Below are positions 35,001 to 43,545 of a DNA stretch of 64,000 nt, piece by piece; position 1 is the first letter of the stretch, and every line of letters begins with the position of its first letter. The position numbers were made by a program, and so were the translations under genes. The notes beneath the pieces were generated by a model. The model saw only the letters and a program-made list of their open reading frames with translations, ran no database searches and was not told where the DNA came from. Origin of the DNA: Nemertoderma westbladi (taxonomy: Eukaryota; Animalia; Xenacoelomorpha); assembly GCA_032718475.1 (NCBI GenBank), contig JAUCBJ010007635.1, forward strand, positions 62,001-126,000. Reading direction: 5' to 3'.

Positions 35001-37541
35001 ATATTCCCGCTCACGAGATCTCTCGTCGACCTCCCGGTTAAACCCCACTGTTCTTCTTTCCTCCTCTGATCGGGCTCGACGCTCCGTCTGCCCTCCCGCG
35101 ACGTCAACCTGTCTTTCTCTGCTCGATCGTACGTCGCTGGGGATACTCGCAATCCCCCTATTACTTTCCGTCGCCGGTTGTTGCGGTTTACCTTGTTCGG
35201 CCCTCGCATTGTCCGCTGACGGCTGTGGGACACTCTCTGCCCCCCCCCTCTCGCCGCTAACTCTCTGTTGTGGGGCCCTCGTAGCCCCCCCCCACTCGCT
35301 ACATCTAACTTCGCTACCTCTCTCCCCGCCATTATATACCTCTCTAGTCGACACATCAACCCTACTACAGTCTGGTCTATTTACCCCCGCCTCTCCCTCT
35401 GCTATTGCGTGGCCTTCCAGGCCCTCTACTCCCTGCCTACCAACTACGTGGCCTACCAGGCCCTCTGCTCCTTGTCTACTAACTACGTGGCCTACCAGGC
35501 CCTCTTCTCTTTGTCTACTAACTACGTGGCCTACCAGGCCCTCTTCCGGCTGGTTATGTAGGCCCGACGTGTTCACATTAATAGCACCCATATTGGAAAC
35601 GGAATTAATTTGCTCGTTCGAAACAAAACCATTCGCATTATTCTGCGCGACTACGTTATCTGAATTATTTTGTAAATTCGGGCATGGATCATTATTTAAA
35701 TTATTTGGATTATTTTGTGTAATCGCGTTATTTAGATTATTTAGTAAGTTCGAATTTGGGTTATTATTTTGATTATTTAAATTATTTTGCGTAATTACAT
35801 TAATATTAGAATTATTTTCTACATTAATACTAGGATTGTTCTGATTTAAATTTAAATTACTACCACTAGGTAAAGTATTTCCTGCAATAAAGGTTTGATT
35901 AAAGTTATCCCATACGGTACTATTAATATCAACAACTTCTACTGTACCATCATTATTACCCCTCCCGCCCGTACGGTCACACCAGTTTTGGGTCTGTCGT
36001 GCGGTCCCTGTCAGTGGGGTATTAATAAACGTATCTAGGGCCCCCGGGTCCTCAAAAATACTCGAGCCGGCCCCGCTTGCAGACGGCGACGCTTGCGCCA
36101 GTCGCAGCTCGTGCGCCCGTCTAATCTTACGTTCCGCAAGCACACTTTGGTGTCTCTTTATTTTCTCTTGCTCTCGCTCAGCCTCTGCCCTTCTCTTCTC
36201 ACACTCCTGGGTGTCCCGACTGCCCGACTCTACTATACTCCTAGCGCTCTCCCTTCGTCTCGCCTCACGCTCTTTGCGTTCCTTTTCCCTTCTCGTCTCA
36301 TATTCCTTGCGTTCCTTTTCCCTTTTTGCCTCACATTCCTTGCGTTCCTTTTCCCTTTTTGCCTCACGTTCCCTGCATTCCCCGTCCTCCCTTTCCTCAC
36401 GCTCTCTGCGTTCCCTTTCCTCCCTTTCCTCACGCTCTCTGCACTCATTTTCCTCTATTTCGTCTCTCTCCCTAAGGCTTCTCAAAGCTCTTTCGACCCT
36501 TTCTCCGGTCTCCTTAATCAATTCCGCTTCCCTCATTAACCGCACTCTCCCCTCCTCTAACCGTTCCTCCATTTCCTTCTGACCTTGCTCTACCACGTTG
36601 AGACGGTATGCGGCACCTATCTCTCTCACCACTCTTCCTTTCGCGGAGGATGTAGCAGACTTATCGGTTGCGACGGACCCCCTCCGCCTTCCCGACCTAC
36701 TAACTTTCCCCCGCTTCCCGGAACTTTCTCCGACCGACGAGGCCGAATCCTCGTGGTTAACCTCGGATTCGCCCCCCTCAGGTCTCCTCCAACCCACTGG
36801 TTTTACTCCCCGGGCATCGACCAAGTATGGCCCTATGTACACTGGCGCTACGCTAGGTTCCATACTCCCACACTCCCATAGTTCAAACAGTTCGCCTGCA
36901 ATTCCCTTTGCTCTCTCCCCGGCTAGTTCTCTCTGCCCAAAACGTATCAGGTAATTTAAGTGTCTGTCCGACTCACCTAGTCGCTTTCTCAGTCTCACCT
37001 CGTCTACCTTCGCCCCTTGCTTCTTGGCGTCGTTTATCAGCTTCCGGGTCGCGTTGTAGGCCCGTCGAAGTCGGTCAGAAACCCCGACGTCCTCGTCGCC
37101 GACCTCTCCTCCGTCCCTCCGGGTCCGACGTCGTACCGGCGGCTCCACCGTCGCCGTTCCGGTGGGCCGCTCGTCGCCCTCGGCCTGTAGCTGGCCGGCG
37201 ACATCGGTACCGATCTCTCCTCCGTCTCTTCGCGTCCGGCGTCGCACCGTCGGCCCCACCGTCGCCGTTTCGGTGGGCCGCTCGTCGCCCTCGGCCGGTA
37301 GCTGGCCGGCGACATCGGCGCGCCGTTCTCCGTTCCGTGTCGACTCATCTCCTTCTCCCTCCGTCTCGCTCTCCCTTTCCCTCTGCTCGACTTCGGGTTC
37401 CAGACCCTCCTCGTTCTGGACTTCCGGTTCGCCCGTTATCGATGGCTCCGGTGTCGTGGGCCTGTATCGCTTGGTCACGGCCTCGCGGATCGTTAGGTCT
37501 TCGTCCGGGGTCCGCGGCGGTGTCTCGCCCGATTCACTCAT
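29043..37541 (-). CDS. BEL/Pao Gag-Pol polyprotein (2832 aa) with a low-complexity N-terminal extension of about 1100 aa
   Basis: Gag LPPVEPFKFDG; knuckles CQLHANALHKTMNC and CSRCVKSGHKAREC; protease LVDSGAAFT; RT FTCDIEGMF...FYVDDG; RNase H LHMFSDAS...WTDSMVV...ENPADLLSRG; integrase H-H-CQTC, GVDMFGP, YSDNGTNF, GCVERLV. Confidence 0.96.
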   Translation of the reverse strand: MSESGETPPRTPDEDLTIREAVTKRYRPTTPEPSITGEPEVQNEEGLEPEVEQRERESETEGEGDESTRNGERRADVAGQLPAEGDERPTETATVGPTVRRRTRRDGGEIGTDVAGQLQAEGDERPTGTATVEPPVRRRTRRDGGEVGDEDVGVSDRLRRAYNATRKLINDAKKQGAKVDEVRLRKRLGESDRHLNYLIRFGQRELAGERAKGIAGELFELWECGSMEPSVAPVYIGPYLVDARGVKPVGWRRPEGGESEVNHEDSASSVGESSGKRGKVSRSGRRRGSVATDKSATSSAKGRVVREIGAAYRLNVVEQGQKEMEERLEEGRVRLMREAELIKETGERVERALRSLRERDEIEENECREREEREERERREREEREDGECREREAKREKERKECEAKREKERKEYETRREKERKEREARRRESARSIVESGSRDTQECEKRRAEAEREQEKIKRHQSVLAERKIRRAHELRLAQASPSASGAGSSIFEDPGALDTFINTPLTGTARQTQNWCDRTGGRGNNDGTVEVVDINSTVWDNFNQTFIAGNTLPSGSNLNLNQNNPSINVENNSNINVITQNNLNNQNNNPNSNLLNNLNNAITQNNPNNLNNDPCPNLQNNSDNVVAQNNANGFVSNEQINSVSNMGAINVNTSGLHNQPEEGLVGHVVSRQREEGLVGHVVSRQGAEGLVGHVVGRQGVEGLEGHAIAEGEAGVNRPDCSRVDVSTREVYNGGERGSEVRCSEWGGATRAPQQRVSGERGGAESVPQPSADNARAEQGKPQQPATESNRGIASIPSDVRSSRERQVDVAGGQTERRARSEEERRTVGFNREVDERSREREYSTDRRREEGSSRSIAANDRRARTDSEPSVIEMRTESQWGRTPGDCRRPGGMRSDETHYTPREGYAMYRYEEENSREGGRRETFRRNVSTDREYGSRGEDYSRRINFDPEQHMQTVGHTVGLTAHTVGHTERGNVGDRMARTTGLNPEVAEYIPASRPEADRPIPVPAQQYDYSMQGHNIYPGEGGIIADRCMGPNVLTSTPVPDIPVGGGQGDIPPSQYQQYTPMVARTMKPLDENRSCDTDIWRGPLPPMTYPSQRRLRNRTDEPHQTGETIQHPSNPLEAQAMGMATLIDALKTRIELPPVEPFKFDGSRPEEYLQFRRMYSNEILTKNLTQAECLKYLQVYTGGPAYDIVRQYQGIEGGFTTAWRALDREYGHPAKIIRQTLRGITSGGLQDNPVSIKTFANKVEKALIVLKTLDAPYELNASNNITTIAQALPSWLRNKWRKIAFSTRDKKGAEPGLEEMSNFLNYEAELITDPVYSEDSLGKGPKTDHYRPKPEHNTSNALPRLRQSLPYAATQGTASPQASEDRTTSRDGQGNNNNMNKYNPSTSSRSNPVNKNSRDFGTNITAIRNALYKEGYDPKSKCQLHANALHKTMNCRYWQALPRQDQIDYASSNKICSRCVKSGHKARECQEKPVKFGQRRGQTMATSTIGAKKRGTVLLGVVPVRVIGEGNRSVTTLMLVDSGAAFTLVEEWVAEEIGLRTRPSRMAVTTISSKDEILEMRTGRCAIAAVAPGCDYGATIDPIQVIESININARRPTNIEVEQYKFLDNIDFSIPDVDVRKVSIIVGMDCPTAHERMQTVFGEDKQSDPVAILTPFGWTLSGPIKSKIPFRMSETSGCMFAGTMQEMGDEGAEEQLKRLLRQDFEGLKETGVGTSVEDKQALQSVEESMTCDEGRYTIGMVWKLPKIPLPDNRGMVLTRLRKLKQTLQRSPEKNEYIHKTIKKYVEKGWAVELPVDEPNTDRTYYLPLHVALDPKKGKLRMVVDASAKTDGKCLNDYLLEGPNIYNSGIEVLLRFRNGKHAFTCDIEGMFNQVRVTEEDSDSQRFLWYNGEEEPPIIPTYKMVVQNMGAKSSSFTTTMAVRDTVKGKEDRYSSRAVDMIKRGFYVDDGMESGNTVEEILETGREVRDILRGSGFNLTKFQSSSEEFIREIEDKKPESTMDNPTTAKGQDMAIKRTESQQKALGIVWDRKTDELKYQLSQEGADTHTKRGYVSYIARIYDPLGLASPLLVTGKQILKRVYKLKDEWDVEVPEDIKKQWSKWTGDLERMGTYNMPRVYFPDGNMTNLDLHMFSDASLEAYGAALYLVQREGPHKPRLAFSKAKSTPPDSASVPKLELTAARLGVRATAYLVDTIPNIVETHYWTDSMVVLGWLHNEKTRYPIFVANRVDEIRASTELERWHYCPTDENPADLLSRGVERHTFLKKEVLWQHGPQFLSDREAWPPMRKVDPGSEPISEGEGDSEGEEIYSQMVREIRDVQPGRELCDNPTDKLLSYSSSWYKTKKLVAYWRAFGNFLAGVGKDKKARTTIDLEGAAKAVIRYEQRKNYGDEVERVGNQQHLRRDSELITLSPQLNEDGILVMNSRVGYNNSIVVPPKPIIIPTGSPIVHQIIWDSHKSILHGGTNRTLTEIRRTYWVKQLRKKVKAVVGQCQTCRRAKKERAVQEMAPLPASRVRQHDPPFTHCGVDMFGPIKIKVMRHTEKRYGIIFVCNNTRAVGIELAQDATASAFINALERFRDRKGGTIAVIYSDNGTNFVGAESEMAEALNILEGEEVRAAMRRRQVKWERRTPYAPHTLGCVERLVGSSKRLMTKLMNTHMVTEDVLRTVLAKCEGIINSRPLYPENDDPESLDVLTPSHFLMERPATIDMRGVDPDDIHSRQSWKVAKAISTEYWRRWVEEYLPTLHKRSNWRKPNRELREGDLVIVTDDTIINNQWRLARVVGTYSDEDGRVRSVEVRIGGKIGAKDRKTYRRAVGKCCLLEGAP

Positions 37542-37610
37542 CTCGTCTGCTCGGTGGAGTTCGACTAGCTAGCGTGGGGTTCTTTGAGTTTAACTAGGGC
37601 GGCAGCTCGG

Positions 37611-37619
37611 TTTAGTTAC
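37611..37619 (-). promoter_or_regulatory. Non-tRNA primer-binding position of element A (GTAACTAAA), complementary to an LTR-internal 9-mer
   Basis: Minus strand reads ...GTCACA|GTAACTAAACCG with no TGG. On the same strand the LTR contains TTTAGTTAC (37794-37786; also 23978-23970). Confidence 0.6.
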
Positions 37620-38157
37620 TGTGACGGGATCCAAGAGGGATCCCGATTTATCCGGTTGTGGTAATTTAGTCCACGCGTCCCCGCCGTGTGTAAGGGTGAA
37701 GTAAAGATAATTGAGTTCTGAAGTTCGGTGTATAATAGGAAGTTATAAGATATAGATATTGTGAATGTGTACAAGGCGGGATACGGTAACTAAAGTCCCG
37801 TGATCCCCTATCTAAACTAATTAACTATTATCCTACGCTAGCACTGCTACACTGAGATGACTGAATAGGTAATATTACTGCCAAGTGGCTATACTGCACG
37901 GTTGGCCTAATTACTACCTAATCGATGCCTTGCCCCCCTCTGATTGGTTGTTACCCTTGTTGGCGCCCCGTGGAGTATTCCCGTTCACTCCACCTGTTCT
38001 CTGGGTTAGGGGTTTGGCCCCTGACCCTCCATTGTGTGCTTCCTTCCCATTCTTATTGGGATGGCGCGAGTTGGTTAATTACCCAATCTCGCGGCTCCCA
38101 ATATTGCTTATCGGCTAATAACTTTATGGGGTGTTGGCGGGATTGAATAAGCTAACA
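37620..38157 (-). repeat. 5' LTR of element A (538 bp)
   Basis: TGTGACGGGATCC...GAATAAGCTAACA, upstream of the gag ATG (37541) on the minus strand. Confidence 0.96.
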
Positions 38158-38377
38158 ATTGCGCCTATGGCGTTTTTTCGGTTATGTCTATTTTTCGAGC
38201 CCACGGCTCATGGACGAAATAGCGGAACATACCAGGGACCTTAGAATCGCGGTATCCAGCCGCTGTGAAAATTTCATCAAAATCGTTAGAGTAGTTTTGG
38301 CTATAGATTAACCAGCCAGTCAATCAATCAATCAGCCAACAATTCTTACAGTAATGAACCTCTCGGTTCCTAACTAG
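38158..38377 (+). mobile_element. Short non-autonomous Helitron-like repeat, copy 1 (5' part lost at the element A junction)
   Basis: Near-identical to 38466-38695. Contains TGTGAAAATTTCATCAAAATCG, a (CAGC/CAAT)n microsatellite, a hairpin GAACC-TCTC-GGTTC, then CTAACTAG. Confidence 0.6.
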
Positions 38378-38441
38378 AGACGGCGTCAAGACGCCGTTAA
38401 GCAAGTTGGAAGTCATCAATCCAATGTAAATTCCATCAACA

Positions 38442-38695
38442 AGCTGTCATTGGTGTTATTTTACCATTGCGCCTATGGCGTTTTTTCGTTTATGTCTATT
38501 TTTCGAGCCCACAGCTCATGGACGAAATAGCGGAACATACCAGGGACCTTAGAATCGCGGTATCTAGCCACTGTGAAAATTTCATCAAAATCGTTAGAGT
38601 AGTTTTGGCTGTAGATCAGTAAGTCAGCCAGCCAGCCAGTCAATCAATCAGCCAACAATTCTTACAGTAATCAAGTCCTACGACTTGCTAACTAG
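38442..38695 (+). mobile_element. Short non-autonomous Helitron-like repeat, copy 2 (uninterrupted)
   Basis: AGCTGTCATTGGTG...microsatellite...hairpin CAAGTC-CTAC-GACTTG, then CTAACTAG. A hairpin plus CTAG end is the Helitron 3' signature. The repeat itself is certain; the class is inferred. Confidence 0.6.
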
Positions 38696-40105
38696 TGACG
38701 GGCCTAGCGTATACGCCCGATAAGGAACCGACTTTTTATTTTAATTAAAAGAGACAACGAGAATTAGTATAGAACTAATAATTATGTAAAAATACAATCA
38801 TATTTCATACAATAATTATTAATAAATTTGATCTATTATTAGTTGCTCAATTCTAGAACAAAATCGACCTGCAACTAGTGAAGACCTCGTTTTGGAATTT
38901 CGAAACCACGCTGGTGCGATGCGCGATATCGTGTTTGGTTAATAAATTGAAAACTCCATCAGTTCATGTGCAACCAGTAATAAGAAATCGCGATAAATGT
39001 AATTAAATAAAAATTAATCTAGAAAAATTTTCCTCAAAAAGTATGAAGTCTTGGCATTGGTGACGCGAAACTAGGCTATTGAGATTCAGGATATTGCGTT
39101 TAATATAAAAATCGAAAACGCTATCGAATTCCGTAAAGGCATTAATAAAATACTGCAACTTTTTTGAATTTGTAAAATTCTAGAACTAGAAAAAATTAAT
39201 TTTTGAACGGCGGCGCTGTTTGGGGTTTCGAAACATGGATAGGCTGAAAGAGGACATCGAATTAAGTTGAAAAATGAAAACCCCATCGAATTTGGACCAA
39301 GCGTTCCGGAGTTATAGCGGATCGAAAAAAATTGACCCCCCCCAGTCGCCAAAAATTTACAGTAATTTAAAATTTTGCAAAAAAAATTTTTTGCGTTATT
39401 TTTGATGGCGAATCGATTGGCAGTACTGGCTACGAAAAATTTTTTTTTGAAATTTTAGGTCAGAAAAAAAAACTTATTACTTACGTATATTTTTAAAAAG
39501 ATTTCATGTCTTTGCATATGGTCAGAGAATGATCCAACTCTGTAACTTGGCAATCGCTCAAATCCATTCAGCTGAATGGCACAGTAGAGTAAACTAAAGT
39601 AAATTCCCAATACAATGTTCTGAAGGGGATACTGACAGAGAGTAATCCAACAATAAAACACTTTGCAATAATGTTGGCATTAATGTAGCCAAGAAGTGAT
39701 TTTTATATTTCAAACTATAATGTTAGTCTTAGCCTTACAGAGTATCAGTATAAGGCTGAGTAAACATTCCACCTTATAAGCATACAGCCTCCACAGTATT
39801 AATGTTGGCATTAATGTAGCCGATACACTGTATACCTAATAGTCATTCAGCAGGGGGAAGAGTTATTCAGCTGAGGCGGTAATAGATTGCAAACTAAACC
39901 AACCAGTTGGCAGCCTCATCGATTTATACTAAGCCTGTGTAGAACCACAAACTAAATCAACCAGTTAATATTTGCTTTGACAGAGAGTGCAGGGCCTAAA
40001 CAAACAGTATGGGTGTACTAAGTACAATAATCTTGGCAACCTCATCGATTTATACTAAGCCTTGTGTAGAAATGCATTACATAAGCCATTTTTCATCAGG
40101 ACACC

Positions 40106-40142
40106 AGCTGTCATTGGTGTTATTTTACCATTGCGCCTAAGG
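40106..40142 (+). repeat. Helitron-like repeat copy 3, left part (continues at 63132 after element B)
   Basis: AGCTGTCATTGGTGTTATTTTACCATTGCGCCTAAGG matches 38442-38478. Confidence 0.9.
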
Positions 40143-41374
40143 TGTAAAAGCCTTTGCTGAATTGCCCCGTTATTTTTATTATCTTTTACATTAAAATACT
40201 CTGTAGTTGATTTAATAAGTGTAAGAGACCGTATTATTGCTGTATCAGTGTTTTTAGAGGATCTAAGACTTATTTCCTCCGTATGTGTACTGTGAAAGGT
40301 ATATTTTATGATTCTATGGCAATTCGTGACGCAAAGGGGTGATAGCTACTCTTGAACAGTAGTTACTATGACTACGGTTAACAGCTGACATTCATACGTG
40401 TTGATTTCCTTTGTTCTACGGCGTCTCTCAGTTCAGTCAGCCAATGAGAGCGTTTTTGTGGCTCCTTGTAGAGAAAATTTCCGAGAAATGACGCAATGCC
40501 TATGTGCAGTGTTTACATTCAGTCCTGAGCCTAAGAGAGAACGGCTTGGAAGTATTTTTGTGCTATACTGTTTTTTAGTCGTACACTAGTAGGTTTAATT
40601 ATAAAGGGCATATATCCTTTAACATGCCTATGTATCATACATCCTGACTGCTGAAACATTGCAAACTCGTAACAATCAGTGTTCAGTTGTTGTTTTATAC
40701 TGCTATTTACTGTCAGTTCTTCATAATATGGTTGATGAATTATTATATTTGGAATAACGATAAATAACCCCGCAACCCAATATTCTTGATATACCGAAGG
40801 TAAGAGAGAAAGGTTACCAATAACGATTGTGACTTATGTTAAAGTGGTTTGAAGTGAATCTAATGTTATTTGATAGACCCTACAGGGTCAGCCTGTGTTC
40901 CTTTTATATGTGACTAAAATCAGTGAAGATTGGCAGATTAGTGTGCAGTATTGTGCAGCATTGTGTATGAGCGAGTCTGTTAAAGAAGCAATTCCTAAAG
41001 AATGCGCCATATATGTGAATTATAATTGAGCCATATCGTTGTGAGTAGTTTAAGTCATAACTCTGTTTATATAGATAAAGCGCCACGTCCTAAAGGAACT
41101 GTTAATATTACCAAAGGTGAATAATATTGTCAGAGATTATATAATACTGTCAGTCGAATAATACATTAGGCTTACATAGCAATAAAAATTAAACCGTCGA
41201 ACCCAATCTCCCGGGAATATCCAGCGGGTGAATGGTCGCGCACGGATTGGTTTCGACTAGTGTAGTGAATCAAGTACTTGTCATAGACTAAAAAACAGAT
41301 TTAATATCTAGAAGACCTGAATCCAAGATCTTAATTTGGTGGGTTAAACTGCCAAAGGTCTGAAAGCGCGAACA
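40143..41374 (+). repeat. 5' LTR of element B (1232 bp)
   Basis: TGTAAAAGCC...AAAGCGCGAACA. TATAAA at 40600-40605. Only a few visible differences from the 3' copy. Confidence 0.97.
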
Positions 41375-41386
41375 TTAAAGGATATA
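41375..41386 (+). promoter_or_regulatory. Non-tRNA primer-binding position of element B (TTAAAGGATATA), complementary to an LTR-internal 12-mer
   Basis: ...GAACA|TTAAAGGATATAGC with no TGG. The exact reverse complement TATATCCTTTAA is at 40611-40622 and 62378-62389. Confidence 0.7.
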
Positions 41387-41651
41387 GCTTCTTTATTGCA
41401 GTAAGCAATAAAGTCGAAAGTACCGGTCGACCGGTAACCAGTAGGCCTGACTGCCTGATCATCCGGACCGGTACCTATTTCCGTATAAGTACAGCAGTAT
41501 TATTCGATTTGATTATATATGCCGGTAGGTCTTAATAATTAATCGGGGACGCCTGGTTTTTATTGGGATTTTACTTAGGCCTATTTCTGTCAGTTTTATT
41601 TGTTTGTAGGCAAGTATTGAACAGAAGGCGTGTAAACCTTATCAGATTGTA

Positions 41652-42225
41652 CAGACAATTTGTAGGCTGAGCTGTTGTCTGATTGCTGTTAAGTCCGAAC
41701 GAATTGCAGTGTGTGTAGAGCACCTGTCCGATTAAGTACGATTAGGCAGTAGGGGCAGTGAATACTGTAAGGTAAACCCCCAATTAAAGAATAAGTCGCA
41801 CTACTGGGTTAGAGCGCATACTCCCTAATCATTTCGGAGTCTGCATGTCCTGTGGTTTATTTAGGCTTGAGAGTAGTCTGCCATCGTTTGGTCTGTACTT
41901 TGTTTGTGTAAGTCTGTACAGGTAGCGTATAATTTATTTAGATAATTTGTAGGCTGGATAGTTGTCTGGCTGTTATTAGGTCTGAACGGATTGCCGCGTG
42001 TGTAGAGCATCTGTCCGATTAAGTACGATTAGGCAGTAGGGGCAGTGAATACTGTAAGGTAAACCCCCAACAAAAGAATAAGTCGCACTACTGGGTTAGA
42101 GCGCATACTCCCTAATCATTTCTGAGTCTGCATATACCGTAGTTTGTTTAGGCTTGATAGTAGTCTGTCAGTGTTCGGTCTGTATTTTGTTTGAGTAGTT
42201 TGTACGCGTAGCGTAATATTTATTA
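41652..42225. repeat. Two tandem direct repeats of about 288 bp in the 5' leader of element B
   Basis: AGACAATTTGTAGGCTG... (41652) recurs as AGATAATTTGTAGGCTG... (41940), with a long shared core CTGTCCGATTAAGTACGATTAGGCAGTAGGGGCAGTG...GAGCGCATACTCCCTAATCATTT. Confidence 0.9.
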
Positions 42226-43159
42226 TTCAGAGTTTATGCGATTATCCGCAACATTCATTCCCCAAGTTTGTTCCTACAGTAATTGTGTTTGTTATACATA
42301 CCGCTATAGTTAAATTAACCCCGGTACTACACGGGCTGCTCGGCGTAGGTAAAGACTGGTGATTTTGTGCATCGGTCACTCCAGCAGATGCCGTGGTTCT
42401 TTTAGCTGTTCAAGTATATTTAACTACTGATTATCTGTTGTACAAGTACTCGTACCTAATTTAGGGTTTAGTGTACAGTACTTTCCGAAGTAATTATTGT
42501 AGGCATTATATTTGTGTTGTAAAGTGGTTGATAGGCACATTGGATAGCTCTATTAACTTCTAGGTAGGGACAATCCGTGATACATAACGTTGCACCTATA
42601 GCGATACGGCTATAGGTCGTCAGGCGGTGGCATTTTCCTATCTAGACAACGCAGTGTATTTACTACTACTTATTATTTCAAACACCGTAATACCCTGTCC
42701 GTGTAAAAACCAGTTTTCTAACCCTTTGTTAGACTGGTTTGTAGACTTCTTGTAAAATTACCCTAAAAATTCGTATTTGTGTTTTTGTAAATTTTTGTGT
42801 TTATTTAGAGATTGTAATCTCAACCCGATTTGTACGTAATTTGTAGTATTAAGTAACTTAGGTAAATTAGTATTATTTGTTTTAGTGTCCTGTACGTAAC
42901 ACTTCACTGAAAGCGCACCGCTTTGTGTAGTGATTACTCCCCAGAAATAATAACATTTATTTCAACATTGACGAAACCCATTAAAACGGGTATAAATATA
43001 TTATAAATCAAATCCAACGATTTATAAATAGTAGGCCTACCATCTAACCATTAGGTCTCAATATCAGTTGGATTACTGCTTAAATAACGGTAATAAAGTA
43101 AGTTAAAGTAACCAAGTAACCCTTTAAATTCAGAAATTCAGTTATTTTTAAAATAATTG

Positions 43160-43456
43160 ATATACCGGTATTTACGATAGGCCTATTATCTTATTTCTAT
43201 AAATCTAGGCTGAAATTATACCGGTACTTGTAATTAATTCTATTTCAGAATTATATATCCTACAAACTGAAAGCTGTATACCGGTATTCCAGATAAGCCT
43301 ATTATATATTTGTATATATTTGTGCTAAAATTATACCGGTATCCTGTGATAAACCTAGTCTGTGATAATACTTATATAGTTATATATACTATAAGTATAC
43401 CGGTATTCTAATATATTATATATATATCAAGCTACACTGAGTAGCAGTACCGGTAA
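43160..43456. repeat. Degenerate array of about 57-bp period with six TACCGGTA palindromes upstream of gag
   Basis: TACCGGTA at about 43163, 43219, 43279, 43334, 43398 and 43448 in an AT-rich background. Confidence 0.75.
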
Positions 43457-43545
43457 TTGATTACTAGGCTAGCAATTAATACTGAGTTACTAGACTTGCT
43501 TAGACTGTAATATAGCAGTAGGCATTCAACTGTACATACCTAGTC

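Larger units (their letters stand above)
23806..38157 (-). mobile_element. BEL/Pao LTR retrotransposon A with extra 3' ORF
   Basis: Direct repeats TG...CA at 23806-24340 and 37620-38157, PPT next to the left LTR on the minus strand, gag-PR-RT-RH-IN polyprotein with BEL/Pao motifs, second ORF between pol and the 3' LTR. Flanks ACGGA / ATTGC do not form a TSD. Confidence 0.95.

Noticed and set aside
29170-37597. Many + strand ORFs antisense to element A gag-pol and accessory ORF
   Set aside because: Shadow frames of GC-rich coding sequence with no recognisable motifs.
38730-40100. Possible degenerate DNA-transposon fragment and short local duplications (39669/39800; 39908/40033)
   Set aside because: No termini, TSD or coding remnant could be defined from this window alone.
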